Source: Eledone cirrhosa (taxonomy: Eukaryota). Taken from it: DNA of 64,000 nucleotides. The notes beneath the pieces were generated by a model. That model saw nothing but the letters and a program-made list of their open reading frames with translations, had not been told where the DNA came from and did no database searches. The DNA lies in the NCBI GenBank assembly GCA_964016885.1, contig OZ024744.1, positions 131,130,001 to 131,194,000 of the forward strand, in the 5' to 3' direction. The number at the start of each line of letters is the position of its first letter. Position 1 is the first letter of the stretch. Below are positions 11,340 through 24,833 of this stretch, piece by piece. Position numbers and translations under genes: made by a program.

Positions 11340-14085
11340 AGTCGGGGTTAAGTTAAGTTGGCGTTAAGTTAAGTTAGGCTTAACTTAAGTTGGGGTTCAG
11401 TTAAGTTGGGGGTAAGTTAAGTTGGGGGTAAGTTAAGTTGTGGTTAAGTTAAGTTGCGTTTAAGTTGGGGTTAAGTTAAGTTAGGGTTAAGTTAAGTTGG
11501 GGTTAAGTTAAGTTGGGGTTAATTTAAATTGGGGTTAAGTTAACTTTGTGGTTAAGTTAAGTTGGGGTTAAGTTAAGTTGGGGTTAAGTTAAGTTGGGGT
11601 TGAGTTAAGTTGGGGTTAAGTTAAGTTGGGGTTATGTTAAGTTGGGGTTAAGTTAAGTTGGGGTTAAGTTAAGTTGGGGCTAAGTTAAGTTGGGGCTGAG
11701 TTAAGTTGGGGTTAAGTTAAGTTGGGGTTAAGTTAAGTTTGGGATAAGTTAAGTTGGGGTTAAGTTAAGTTGGGGTTTATTTAAGTTGGGGTTAATTTAA
11801 GTTGGGGTTCAGTTAAGTTGGGGTTCAGTTAAGTTGGGGTTAAGTTAAGTTGGGGTTTATTTAAGTTGGGGTTAATTTAAGTCGGGGTTAAGTTAAGTCG
11901 GGGTTCAGTTAATATAGGGTTAAGTTAAGTTGGGGTTAAGTTAAATTGGGGTTGATTTAAGTTGGGGTTGAGTTAAGTTGGTGTTCAGTTAAGTTGGGGT
12001 TAAGTTAAGTTGGGGTTGATTTAAGTTGGGGTTGAGTTAAGTTGGTGTTCAGTTAAGTTGGGGTTAAGTTAAGTTGGGGTTAATTTAAGTTGCAGTTAAG
12101 TTAAGTTGAGGTTAAGTTAAGGTGGGGTTAAGTTAAGTTGGGGTTAGTTTAAGTTGGGGCTAAGCTAAGTTGGGGCTAAGTTAAGTTGGGGCTAAGTTAA
12201 GTTGGGGTTAAGTTAAGTTGGGGTATATTAAGTTGGGGTTAAGTTAAGTTGGGGTTAAGTTAAGTTGGGGTTAAGTTAAGTTGGGGCTGAGTTAAGTTGG
12301 GGCTGAGTTAAGTTGGGGCTGAGTTAAGTTGGGGTTAAGTTAAGTTGGGGTATATTAAGTTGGGGTTAAGTTAAGTTGGGGTTAAGTTAAGTTGGGGTTA
12401 AGTTAAGTTGGGGCTGAGTTAAGTTGGGGCTTAGTTAAGGTGGGGCTGAGTTAAGTTGGGGTTAAGATAAGTTGGGGTTGAGTTAAGTTGGGGTTAAGTT
12501 AAGTTGGGGTTAAGTTAAGTTGGGGTTAAGTTGGGGTTAAGTTAAGTTAGGTTTAAGTTAAGTTGGGTTTAAGTTAAGTTGGGGTTAAGTTAAGTTGGGG
12601 TTAAGTTAAGTTGGGTTTAAGTTAAGTTGGGGTTAATTTAAGTTGGGGATAAGTTAAGTCGGGGTTAAGTTAAGTTGGTGTTAAGTTAAGTTGGGGTTAA
12701 GTTAAGTTGGGGTTAAGTTAAGTTGGGGTTAAGTTAAGTTGGGGTTAAGTTAAGTTGAGGTTAAGTTAAGTTGGGGTTAAATTAAGTTGGGGTTAAGTTA
12801 AGTTGGGGTTAAGTTAAGTTGGGGTTAAGTTAAGTTGGGGATATGTTAAGTTGGGGATGAGTTAAATTGGGGTTAAGTTAAGTTGGGTTTAAGTTAAGTT
12901 GGGGTTAAGTTAAGTTGGGGTTAAGTTAAGTTGGGGTTAAGTTAAGTTGGTTAGTTAAGTTGAGTTTAAGTTAAGTTGGGGTTAATTTAAATCGGGGTTA
13001 AGTTAAGTTAGGGTTAAGTTAAGTTGGGGTTGAGTTAAGTTGGGGTTGAGTTAAATTGGGGTTGAGTTAAGTTGGGGTTGAGTTAAGTTGGTGTTGAGTT
13101 AAGTTGGGGTTAAGTTAAGTTGGGGTTAAGTTAAGTTGTGGTTAAGTTAAGTTGAGGTTAAGTTAAGTTGGGGTTAAGTTAAGTTGGGGTTAATTTAAGT
13201 TGGGGCTAAGTTAAGTTGGGGCTAAGTTAAGTTGGGGTTAAGTTAAGTTGGGGTCAACTTAAGTTGGGGTTAAGTTAAGTTGGCGTTAAGTTAAGTTGGG
13301 GTTAAGTTAAGTTGGGGTTAAGTTAAGTTGGTGTTAAGTTAAGTTGGGGCTGAGTTAAGTTGGGGCTGAGTTAAGTTGGGGCTGAGTTAAGTTGGGGTTC
13401 AGTCAAGTTGGGGTTAAGTTAAGTTGGGGTTATTTTAAGTTGGGGTTTAGTTAAGTTGGGGTTCATTTAAGTTGGGGTTAAGTTAAGTTTGGGTTAAGTT
13501 GGGGTTAAATTAATTTGGGGTTAAATGAAGTTGGGGTTAAGTTAAGTTGGGGTTAAGTTAAGTTGGGGTTAATTTAAGTTGGGGTTAAGTTAAGTTGCGG
13601 GTAATTTAAGTTGGGGTTAAGTTAAGTTGGGGTTAAGTTAATTTGGGGTTAAGTTGGGGTTAAGTTAAGTTGGGGTTTATTTAAGTTGGGGTTAAGTTAA
13701 GTTGGGGTTCAGTTAAGTTGGGGTTCAGTTAAGTTGGGGTTAAGTTAAGCTGGGGTTAAGATGGGGTTAAATTAAGTTGGGGTTAAGTTAAGTTGGTTAG
13801 TTAAGTTGAGGTTAAGTTAAGTTGGGCTTAAGTTAAGTTGGGGTTAATTTAAGTTGGGGTTAAGTTAAGTTGGGGTTAAGTTAAGTTGGGGTTAAGTCAA
13901 GTTGGGGTTAAGTTAAGTTGGGGTTGAGTTAAGTTGGGGTTGAGTGAAGTTGGGGTTAAGTTAAGTTGGGGTTAAGTTAAGTTGGGGTTAAGTTAAGTTG
14001 GGGTCAAGTTAAGTTAGGGTTAAGTTAAGTTGGGGTTAAGTTAAGTTGGCGTTAAGTTAATTTGTGGTTAAGTTAAGTTGGGGTT

Positions 14086-14285
14086 AACCCCAACTTAACT
14101 TAACCCCATTTTCACTCAAACCCAACTTAACTCAACCCCAACTTAACTTAACCCCAGCTTCACTCAACCCCAACTTAACTTAACCCCAACTTCACTCAAC
14201 CCCAACTTAACTCAACCCCAACTTAACTTAACCCCAACTTGACTTAACCCCAACTTAACTTAACCCCAACTTAACTTAACCCCAA
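14086..14285 (-). repeat. Inverted satellite cassette 7 (200 bp, subtype A1)
   Basis: A1 markers; offset 4488 from cassette 5. Confidence 0.97.
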
Positions 14286-15627
14286 AGTCGGGGTTAAGTT
14301 AAGTTGGGGGTAAGTTAAGTTGGGATTAAGTTGGGGTTAAGTTAAGTTAGGGTTAAGTTAAGTTGGGGTTAAGTTAAGTTGGGGTTAAGTTGGGGTTAAA
14401 TTAAGTTGGGGCTAAGTTAATTTGTGGTTAAGTTAAGTTGGGGTTAAGTTAAGTTGGGGTTAAGTTAAGTTGCGTTTAAGTTGGGGTTAAGTTAAGTTAG
14501 GGTTAAGTTAAGTTGGGGTTAAGTTAAGTTGGGGTTAATTTAAATTGGGGTTAAGTTAACTTTGTGGTTAAGTTAAGTTGGGGTTAAGTTAAGTTGGGGT
14601 TAAGTTGGGGTTAATTTAAGTTGGGGCTAAGTTAATTTGTGGTTAAGTTAAGTTGGGGTTAAGTTAAGTTGGGGTTAAGTTAAGTTGGGGTTGAGTTAAG
14701 TTGGGGTTGAGATAATTTGGGGTTAATTTAAGTTGGGGTTAAGTTAAGTTGGGTTTTAGTTAAGTTGGGGTTAAATTAAGTTGGGGTTAAATTAAGTTGG
14801 GGTTAAGTTAAGTTGGGGGTAAGTTAAGTTGGGGGCAAGTTAAGTTGGGGCTAAGTTAAGTTGGGGTTAAATTAAGTTGGGGTTACGTTAAGTTGGTGTT
14901 AAGTTAAGTTGGGGTTAATTTAAGTTGGGGTTAATTAAGTTGGGGTTAAGTTAAGTTGGGGTTAAGTTAAGTTGGGGTTTATTTAAGTTGGGGTTAAGTT
15001 AAGTTGGGGTTCAGTTAAGTTGGGGTTCAGTTAAGTTGGGGTTAAGTTAAGTTGGGGTTAAGATGGGGTTAAATTAAGTTGGGGTTAAGTTAAGTTGGGG
15101 TTAAGTTAAGTTGGGGTTAAGTTAAGTCGGGGTTAAGTTAAGTCGGGGTTAAGTTAAGTTAGGGTTGAGTTAAGTTGGGGTTAAGTTAAGTTGGGGTTGA
15201 GTTAAGTTGGGGTTGAGTTAAATTGGGGTTGAGTTAAGTTGGGGTTGAGTTAAGTTGGTGTTGAGTTAAGTTGCGGTTATGTTAAGTTGGGGTTAAGTTA
15301 AGTTGGGGTTAAGTTAAGTTGGGGCTAAGTTAAGTTGGGGCTGAGTTAAGTTGGGGTTAAGTTAAGTTGGGGTTAAGTTAAGTCGGGGTTAAGTTAAGTT
15401 GGGGTTAAGTTAAGTTGGGGTTAAGTTAAGTTGGGGTTAAGTTAAGTTGGGGTTAAGTTAAGTTGGGTTTAAGTAAAGTTGGGGTTAAGTTAAGTTGGGG
15501 TCAAGTTAAGTTTGGGTTAAGTTAAGTTGGTTAGTTAAGTTGAGTTTAAGTTAAGTTGGGGTTAATTTATGTTGGGGTTAAGTTAAGTTGGGGTTAAGTT
15601 AAGTTGGGGTTAAGTTAAGTTGGGGTT

Positions 15628-15827
15628 AACCCCAACTTAACTTAACCCCAACTTCACTCAACCCCAACGTAACTCAACCCCAACTTAACTTAACCCCAAC
15701 TTCACTCAACCCCAACTTAACTTAACCCCAACTTCACTCAACCCCAACTTAAGTCAACCCCAACTTAACTTAACCCCAACTTGACTTAACCCCAACTTAA
15801 CTTAGCACCAACTTAACTTAAGCCCAA
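15628..15827 (-). repeat. Inverted satellite cassette 8 (200 bp, subtype B)
   Basis: B markers; offset 4488 from cassette 6. Confidence 0.97.
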
Positions 15828-17520
15828 AGTCGGGGTTAAGTTAAGTTGGCGTTAAGTTAAGTTAGGCTTAACTTAAGTTGGGGTTCAGTTAAGTTGGGGG
15901 TAAGTTAAGTTGGGGGTAAGTTAAGTTGTGGTTAAGTTAAGTTGCGTTTAAGTTGGGGTTAAGTTAAGTTAGGGTTAAGTTAAGTTGGGGTTAAGTTAAG
16001 TTGGGGTTAATTTAAATTGGGGTTAAGTTAACTTTGTGGTTAAGTTAAGTTGGGGTTAAGTTAAGTTGGGGTTAAGTTAAGTTGGGGTTGAGTTAAGTTG
16101 AGGTTGAGTTAATTTGGGGTTAATTTAAGTTGGGGTTAAGTTAAGTTGGGTTTAAGTTAAGTTGGGGTTAAATTAAGTTGGGGTTAAATTAAGTTGGGGT
16201 TAAGTTAAGTTGGGGGTAAGTTAAGTTGGGGGCAAGTTAAGTTGGGGCTAAGTTAAGTTGGGGTTAAATTAAGTTGGGGTTACGTTAAGTTGGTGTTAAG
16301 TTAAGTTGGGGTTAATTTAAGTTGGGGTTAATTAAGTTGGGGTTAAGTTAAGTTGGGGTTAAGTTAAGTTGGGGTATATTTAAGTTGGGGTTAAGTTAAG
16401 TTGGGGTTCAGTTAAGTTGGGGTTCAGTTAAGTTGGGGTTCAGTTAAGTTGGGGTTAAGATGGGGTTAAATTAAGTTGGGGTTAAGTTAAGTTGGGGTTA
16501 AGTTAAGTTGGGGTTAAATTAAGTTGGGGTTAAGTTAAATCGGGGTTAAGTTAAGTCGGGGTTAAGTTAAGTTAGGGTTCAGTTAAGTTGGGGTTAAGTT
16601 AAGTTGGGGTTGAGTTAAGTTGGGGTTGAGTTAAATTGGGGTTGAGTTAAGTTGGGGTTGAGTTAAATTGGGGTTAAGTTAAGTTGGGGTTAAGTTAAGT
16701 TGGGGCTAAGTTAAGTTGGGGCTGAGTTAAGTTGGGGTTAAGTTAAGTTGGGGTTAAGTTAAGTTGGGGATAAGTTAAGTTGGGGTTAAGTTAAGTTGGG
16801 GTTTATTTAAGTTGGGGTTAATTTAAGTTGCAGTTAAGTTAAGTTGAGGTTAAGTTAAGGTGCGGTTAAGTTAAGTTGGGGTTAAGTTAAGTTGGGGCTA
16901 AGTTAAGTTGGGGCTAAGTTAAGTTGGGGCTAAGTTAAGTTGGGGTTAGGTTAAGTTGGGGTTAAGTTAAGTCGGGGTTAAGTTAAGTTGGCGTTAAGTT
17001 AAGTTGGGGTTAATTTAAGTTGGGGTTAAGTTAAGTTGGGGTTAATTTAAGTTGGGGTTAAGTTAAGTTGAGGGTAATTTAAGTTGGGGTTAAGTTAAGT
17101 TGGGGTTAAGTTAAGTTGGGGTTATGTTAAGTTGGGGTTAAGTTAAGTTGGGGTTGAGTAAAGTTTTGGCTAAGTTAAGTTGGGGCTGAGTTAAGTTGGG
17201 GTTAAGTTAAGTTGGGGTTAAGTTAAGTTGGGGATAAGTTAAGTTGGGGTTAAGTTAAGTTGGGGTTTATTTAAGTTGGGGTTAATTTAAGTTGGGGTTC
17301 AGTTAAGTTGGGGTTAAGTTAAGTTGGGGTTAAGTTAAGTTGGGGTTAAGTTAAGTTGGGGTTAAGTTAAGTTGGGTTTAAGTTAAGTTGGGGTTAAGTT
17401 AAGTTGGGGTCAAGTTAAGTTGGGGTTAAGTTAAGTTGGTTAGTTAAGTTGAGTTTAAGTTAAGTTGGGGTTAATTTATGTTGGGGTTAAGTTAAGTTGG
17501 GGTTAAGTTAAGTTGGGGTT

Positions 17521-17704
17521 AACCCCAACTTCACTCAACCCCAACGTAACTCAACCCCAACTTAACTTAACCCCAACTTCACTTAACCCCAACTTAACTT
17601 AACCCCAACTTCACTCAACCCCAACTTAAGTCAACCCCAACTTAACTTAACCCCAACTTGACTTAACCCCAACTTAACTTAGCACCAACTTAACTTAAGC
17701 CCAA
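17521..17704 (-). repeat. Inverted satellite cassette 9 (184 bp, subtype B, first monomer missing)
   Basis: Starts directly with AACCCCAACTTCACTC; exit variant CCCAA|AGCCGGGG. Confidence 0.96.
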
Positions 17705-20681
17705 AGCCGGGGTTAAGTTAAGTTGGCGTTAAGTTAAGTTAGGCTTAACTTAAGTTGGGGTTCAGTTAAGTTGGGGGTAAGTTAAGTTGGGGGTAAGTTA
17801 AGTTGGGGTTAAGTTAAGTTGCGTTTAAGTTGGGGTTAAGTTAAGTTAGGGTTAAGTTAAGTTGGGGTTAAGTTAAGTTGGGGTTAATTTAAATTGGGGT
17901 TAAGTTAACTTTGTGGTTAAGTTAAGTTGGGGTTAAGTTAAGTTGGGGTTAAGTTGGGGTTAATTTAAGTTGGGGCTAAGTTAATTTGTGGTTAAGTTAA
18001 GTTGGGGTTAAGTTAAGTTGGGGTTAAGTTAAGTTGGGGTTGAGTTAAGTTGGGGTTGAGTTAATTTGGGGTTAAATTAAGTTGGGGTTAAGTTAAGTTG
18101 GGGGTAAGTTAAGTTGGGGCTAAGTTAAGTTGGGGTTAAATTAAGTTGGGGTTACGTTAAGTTGGTGTTAAGTTAAGTTGGGGTTTATTTAAGTTGGGGT
18201 TAAGTTAAGTTGGGGTTCAGTTAAGTTGGGGTTAAGTTAAGTTGGGGTTAAGATGGGGTTAAATTAAGTTGGGGTTAAGTTAAGTTGGGGTTAAGTTGAG
18301 TTGGGGTTAAGTTAAGTTGGGGTTAAGTTAAGTCGGGGTTAAGTTAAGTTAGGGTTGAGTTAAGTTGGGGTTAAGTTAAGTTGGGGTTGAGTTAAGTTGG
18401 GGTTGAGTTAAATTGGTGTTGAGTTAAGTTGGGGTTAAGTTAAGTTGGGGTTAAGTTAAGTTGCAGTTAAGTTAAGTTGAGGTTAAGTTAAGGTGCGGTT
18501 AACTTAAGTTGGGGTTAAGTTAAGTTGGGGCTAAGTTAAGTTGGGGCTAAGTTAAGTTGGGGCTAAGTTACGTTGGGGTTAGGTTAAGTTGGGGTTAAGT
18601 TAAGTCGGGGTTAAGTTAAGTTGGCGTTAAGTTAAGTTGGGGTTAATTTAAGTTGGGGTTAGGTTAAGTTGGGGTTAATTTAAGTTGGGGTTAAGTTAAG
18701 TTGCGGGTAATTTAAGTTGGGGTTAAGTTAAGTTGGGGTTAAGTTAAGTTGGGGTTAAGTTAAGTTGGGGATAAGTTAAGTTGGGGTTAAGTTAAGTTGG
18801 GGTTTATTTAAGTTGGGGTTAATTTAAGTTGGGGTTCAGTTAAGTTGGGGTTCAGTTAAGTTGGGGTTAAGTTAAGTTGGGGTTTATTTAAGTTGGGGTT
18901 AATTTAAGTCGGGGTTAAGTTAAGTCGGGGTTAAGTTAAGATAGGGTTAAGTTAAGTTGGGGTTAAGTTAAGTTGGGGTTGTGTTAAGTTGGGGTTGAGT
19001 TAAATTGGGGTTGAGTTAAGTTGGGGTTGAGTTAAGTTGGTGTTGAGTTAAGTTGGGGTTAAGTTAAGTTGGGGTTAATTTAAGTTGCAGTTAAGTTAAG
19101 TTGAGGTTAAGTTAAGGTGGGGTTAAGTTAAGTTGGGGTTAATTTAAGTTGGGGCTAAGCTAAGTTGGGGCTAATTTAAGTTGGGGCTAAGTTAAGTTGG
19201 GGTTAAGTTAGGTTGGGGTATATTAAGTTGGGGTTAAGTTAAGTTGGGGTTAAGTTAAGTTGGGGTTAAATTAAGTTGGTGTTAAGTTAAGTTGGGGCTG
19301 AGTTAAGTTGGGGCTGAGTTAAGTTGGGGCTGAGTTAAGTTGGGGTTAAGATAAGTTGGGGTTGAGTTAAGTTGGGGTTAAGTTAAGTTGGGGTTAAGTT
19401 AAGTTGGGGTTAAGTTGGGGTTAAGTTAAGTTAGGTTTAAGTTAAGTTGGGTTTAAGTTAAGTTGGGGTTAAGTTAAGTTGGGGTTAAGTTAAGTTGGGT
19501 TTAAGTTAAGTTGGGGTTAAGTTAAGTTGGGGTTAAGTTAAGTCGGGGTTAAGTTAAGTTGGGTTTAAGTTAAGTTGGGGTTAAGTTAAGTTGGGGTTAA
19601 GTTAAGTTGGGGTTAAGTTAAGTTGGTTAGTTAAGTTGAGTTTAAGTTAAGTTGGGGTTAATTTAAGTCGGCGTTAAGTTAAGTTAGGGTTAAGTTAAGT
19701 TGGGGTTGAGTTAAGTTGGGGTTGAGTTAAATTGAGGTTGAGTTAAGTTGGGGTTGAGTTAAGTTGGTGTTGAGTTAAGTTGGGGTTAAGTTAAGTTGGG
19801 GTTAAGTTAAGTGGTGGTTAAGTTAAGTTGAGGTTAAGTTAAGTTGGGGTTAAGTTAAGTTGGGGTTAATTTAAGTTGGGGCTAAGTTAAGTTGGGGCTA
19901 AGTTAAGTTGGGGTTAAGTTAAGTTGGGGTCAACTTAAGTCGGGGTTAAGTTAAGTTGGTGTTAAGTTAAGTTGGGGTTGAGTTAAGTTGCGGTTAAGTT
20001 AAGTTGGGGTTAAGTTAAGTTGGGGTTATTTTAAGTTGGGGTTTAGTTAAGTTGGGGTTCATTTAAGTTGGGGTTCAGTTAAGTTTGGGTTAAGTTGGGG
20101 TTAAATTAATTTGGGGTTAAATGAAGTTGGGGTTAAGTTAAGTTGGGGTTAAGTTAAGTTGGGGTTAATTTAAGTTGGGGTTAAGTTAACTTGCGGGTAA
20201 TTTAAGTTGGGGTTAAGTTAAGTTGGGGTTAAGTTAAGTTGGGGTTAAGTTAAGTTTGGGTTAAGTTAAGTTGGGGTTGAGTTAAATTGGGGTTAAGTTA
20301 AGTTGGGGTTAAGTTAAGTTGGGGTTTATTTAAGTTGGGGTTAAGTTAAGTTGGGGTTCACTTAAGTTGGGGTTCAGTTAAGTTGGGGTTAAGTTAAGTT
20401 GGGGTTAAGATGGGGTTAAATTAAGTTGGGGTTAAGTTAAGTTGGTTAGTTAAGTTGAGGTTAAGTTAAGTTGGGCTTAAGTTAAGTTGGGGTTAATTTA
20501 AGTTGGGGTTAAGTTAAGTTGGGGTTCAGTTAAGTTGGGGTTAAGTCAAGTTGGGGTTAAGTTGGGGTTAAATTAAGTTGGGGTTAAGTTAAGTTGGGGT
20601 CAAGTTAAGTTAGGGTTAAGTTAAGTTGGGGTTAAGTTAAGTTGGGGTTAAGTTAATTTGTGGTTAAGTTAAGTTGGGGTT

Positions 20682-20881
20682 AACCCCAACTTAACTTAAC
20701 CCTAACTTCACTCAAACCCAACTTAACTCAACCCCAACTTAACTTAACCCCAGCTTCACTCAACCCCAACTTAACTTAACCCCAACTTCACTCAACCCCA
20801 ACTTAACTCAACCCCAACTTAACTTAACCCCAACTTGACTTAACCCCAACTTAACTTAACCCCAACTTAACTTAACCCCAA
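20682..20881 (-). repeat. Inverted satellite cassette 10 (200 bp, subtype A2)
   Basis: CTCAAACCC and CCCAGCTTCACTC present, no CCCATTTT; private AACCCTAAC. Confidence 0.97.
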
Positions 20882-23800
20882 AGTCGGGGTTAAGTTAAGT
20901 TGGGGGTAAGTTAAGTTGGGATTAAGTTAAGTTGCGGTTAAGTTGGGGTTAAGTTAAGTTGGGGTTAAGTTAAGTCGGGGTAAGTTAAGTCGGGGTTAAG
21001 TTAAGTTAGGGTTAAGTTAAGTTGGGGTTAAGTTAAAGTTGGGGTTGAGTTAAGTTGCGGTTGAGTTAAATTGGGGTTGAGTTAAGTTGGGGTTGAGTGA
21101 AGTTGGTGTTGAGTTAAGTTGGGGTTAAGTTAAGTTGGGGTTAAGTTATGTTGCGGTTAAGTTAAGTTGAGGTTAAGTTAAGTTGGGGTTAACTTAAGTG
21201 TGGGTTAAGTTAAGTTGGGGTTAAGTTAAGTTGGGGTTGAGTTAAGTTGGGGTTGAGTTAAATTGGGGTTGAGTTAAGTTGGGGTTGAGTTAAGTTGGGG
21301 TTAAGTTAAGTTGGGGTTAAGTTAAGTTGCGGTTAAGTTAAGTTGAGGTTAAGTTAAGTTGGGGTTAACTTAAGTGTGGGTTAAGTTAAGTTGGGGTTAA
21401 GTTAAGTTGGGGTTAAGTTAAGTTGGTGTTAAGTTAAGTTGGGGCTGAGTTAAGTTGGGGCTGAGTTAAGTTGGGGCTGAGTTAAGTTGGGGTTCAGTTA
21501 AGTTGGGGTTGAGTTAAGTTGCGGTTAAGTTAAGTTGGGGTTAAGTTAAGTTGGGGTTATGTTAAGTTGGGGTTAAGGTAGGTTGGGGTTAAGTTAAGTT
21601 GGGGTTGAGTTAAGTTGGGGTTGAGTTAAATTGGGGTTGAGTTAAGTTGGGGTTGAGTTAAGTTGGGGCTGAGTTAAGTTGGGGCTGAGTTAAGTTGGGG
21701 CTGAGTTAAGTTGGGGTTCAGTTAAGTTGGGGTTGAGTTAAGTTGCGCTTAAGTTAAGTTGGGGTTAAGTTAAGTTGGGGTTATGTTAAGTTGGGGTTTA
21801 GTTAAGTTGGGGTTCACTTAAGTTGGGGTTAAGTTAAGTTTAGGTTAAGTTGGGGTTAAATTAATTTGGGGTTAAGTTAAGTTGGGGTTAAGTTAAGTTG
21901 GGGTTAATTTAAGTTGGGGTTAATTTAAGTTGGGGTTAAGTTAAGTTGCGGGTAATTTAAGTTGGGGTTAAGTTAAGTTGGTGTTAAGTTAAGTTGGGGT
22001 TAAGTTAAGTTGGGGTTAAGTTAAGTTTGGGTTAAGTTAAGTTGGGGCTAATTTAAGTTGGGGCTGAGTTAAGTTGGGGTTAAGTTAAGTTGGGGTTAAG
22101 TTAATTTGGGGTTAAGTTGGGGTTAAGTTAAGTTGGGGTTTATTTAAGTTGGGGTTAAGTTAAGTTGGGGTTCAGTTAAGTTGGGGTTCAGTTAAGTTGG
22201 GGTTAAGTTAAGTTGGGGTTAAGTTAAGTTGGTTAGTTAAGTTGAGGTTAAGTTAAGTTGGGGTTAAGTTAAGTTGGGGTTAAGTTAAGTTGGGGTTAAT
22301 TTAAGTTAGGGTTAAGTTAAGTTGGGGTTAAGTTAAGTTGGGGTTATGTTAATTTGGGGTTAAGTTAGGTTGGGGTTAAGTTAAGTTGTGGCTAAGTTAA
22401 GTTGGGGCTGAGTTAAGTTGGGGTTAAGTTAAGTTGGGGTTAAGTTAAGTTGGGGATAAGTTAAGTTGGGGTTAAGTTAAGTTGTGGTTTATTTAAGTTG
22501 GGGTTAATTTAAGTTGGGGTTCAGTTAAGTTGGGGTTCAGTTAAGTTGGGGTTAAGTTAAGTTGGGGTTTATTTAAGTTGGGGTTAATTTAAGTCGGGGT
22601 TAAGTTAAGTCGGGGTTAAGTTAAGTTAGGGTTAAGTTAAGTTGGGGTTAAGTTAAGTTGGGGTTGTGTTAAGTTGGGGTTGAGTTAAATTGGGGTTGAG
22701 TTAAGTTGGGGTTGAGTTAAGTTGGTGTTGAGTTAAGTTGGGGTTAAGTTAAGTTGGGGTTAATTTAAGTTGCAGTTAAGTTAAGTTGAGGTTAAGTTAA
22801 GGTGGGGTTAAGTTAAGTTGGGGTTAATTTAAGTTGGGGCTAAGCTAAGTTGGGGCTAAGTTCAGTTGGGGCTAAGTTAAGTTGGGGTTAAGTTAAGTTG
22901 GGGTATATTAAGTTGGGGTTAAGTTAAGTTGGGGTTAAGTTAAGTTGGGGTTAAGTTAAGTTGGTGTTAAGTTAAGTTGGGGCTGAGTTAAGTTGGGGCT
23001 GAGTTAAGTTGGGGCTGAGTTAAGTTGGGGTTAAGATAAGTTGGGGTTGAGTTAAGTTGGGGTTAAGTTAAGTTGGGGTTAAGTTAAGTTGGGGTTAAGT
23101 TGGGGTTAAGTTAAGTTAGGTTTAAGTTAAGTTGGGTTTAAGTTAAGTTGGGGTTAAGTTAAGTTGGGGTTAAGTTAAGTTGGGTTTAAGTTAAGTTGGG
23201 GTTAAGTTAAGTTGGGGTTAAGTTAAGTCGGGGTTAAGTTAAGTTGGGGTTAAGTTAAGTTGGGGTTAAGTTAAGTTGGGGTTAAGTTAAGTTGGGGTTA
23301 AGTTAAGTTGGTGTTAAGTTAAGTTGAGGTTAAGTTAAGTTGGGGTTAAATTAAGTTGGGGTTAAGTTAAGTTGGGGTTAAGTTAAGTTGGGGTTAAGTT
23401 AAGTTGGGGATATGTTAAGTTGGGGATGAGTTAAGTTGGGGTTAAGTTAAGTTGGGTTTAAGTTAAGTTGGGGTTAAGTTAAGTTGGGGTTAAGTTAAGT
23501 TGGGGTTAAGTTAAGTTGGTTAGTTAAGTTGAGTTTAAGTTAAGTTGGGGTTAATTTAAGTCGGGGTTAAGTTAAGTTAGGGTTAAGTTGGGGTTGAGTT
23601 AAGTTGGGGTTGAGTTAAATTGGGGTTGAGTTAAGTTGGGGTTGAGTTAAGTTGGTGTTGAGTTAAGTTGGGGTTAAGTTAAGTTGGGGTTAAGTTAAGT
23701 TGTGGTTAAGTTAAGTTGAGGTTAAGCTAAGTTGGGGTTAAGTTAAGTTGGGGTTAATTTAAGTTGGGGCTAAGTTAAGTTGGGGCTAAGTTAAGTTGGG

Positions 23801-24633
23801 GTTAAGTTAAGTTGGGGTCAACTTAAGTTGGGGTTAAGTTAAGTTGGCGTTAAGTTAAGTTGGGGTTAAGTTAAGTTGGGGTTAAGTTAAGTTGGTGTTA
23901 AGTTAAGTTGGGGCTGAGTTAAGTTGGGGCTGAGTTAAGTTGGGGCTGAGTTAAGTTGGGGTTAAGTTAAGTTGGGGTTATTTTAAGTTGGGGTTTAGTT
24001 AAGTTGGGGTTCATTTAAGTTGGGGTTAAGTTAAGTTTGGGTTAAGTTGGGGTTAAATTAATTTGGGGTTAAATGAAGTTGGGGTTAAGTTAAGTTGGGG
24101 TTAAGTTAAGTTGGGGTTAATTTAAGTTGGGGTTAAGTTAAGTTGCGGGTAATTTAAGTTGGGGTTAAGTTAAGTTGGGGTTAAGTTAAGTTGGGGTTAA
24201 TTTAAGTTTGGGTTAAGTTAAGTTGGGGTTAAGTTAATTTGGGGTTAAGTTAAGTTGGGGTTAAGTTAAGTTGGGGTTTATTTAAGTTGGGGTTAAGTTA
24301 AGTTGGGGTTCAGTTAAGTTGGGGTTCAGTTAAGTTGGGGTTAAGTTAAGTTGGGGTTAAGATGGGGTTAAATTAAGTTGGGGTTAAGTTAAGTTGGTTA
24401 GTTAAGTTGAGGTTAAGTTAAGTTGGGGTTAATTTAAGTTGGGGTTAAGTTAAGTTGGGCTTAACTTAAGTTGGGGTTAATTTAAGTTGGGGTTAAGTTA
24501 AGTTGGGGTTCAGTTAAGTTGGGGTTAAGTCAAGTTGGGGTTAAGTTGGGGTTAAATTAAGTTGGGGCTAAGTTAAGTTGGGGTCAAGTTAAGTAAGGGT
24601 TAAGTTAAGTTGGGGTTAAGTTAAGTTGGGGTT

Positions 24634-24833
24634 AACCCCAACTTAACTTAACCCCAACTTCACTCAAACCCAACTTAACTCAACCCCAACTTAACTTAAC
24701 CCCAGCTTCACTCAACCCCAACTTAACTTAACCCCAACTTCACTCAACCCCAACTTAACTCAACCCCAACTTAACTTAACCCCAACTTGACTTAACCCCA
24801 ACTTAACTTAACCCCAACTTAACTTAACCCAAA
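24634..24833 (-). repeat. Inverted satellite cassette 11 (200 bp, subtype A2)
   Basis: A markers; exit variant CCCAAAAGTCGGGG. Confidence 0.97.

Larger units (their letters stand above)
7077..16100 (+). repeat. About 4.5-kb tandem duplication (approx. 7077-11612 and 11613-16100); repeated again at +25759
   Basis: Rare markers (TTAATATAGGG, GGGCTTAGTTAAGGT, GGGGATATG) recur at +4536. After a 48-bp deletion near 13630 the offset is +4488 (cassettes 5/7 and 6/8). Confidence 0.9.

Noticed and set aside
19208-19218. Exact TTAGGTTGGGG motif as a relic telomere unit (also 22365-22375)
   Set aside because: It is a single A-to-G change from consensus, expected by chance among about 4000 monomers, so it is not independent evidence.
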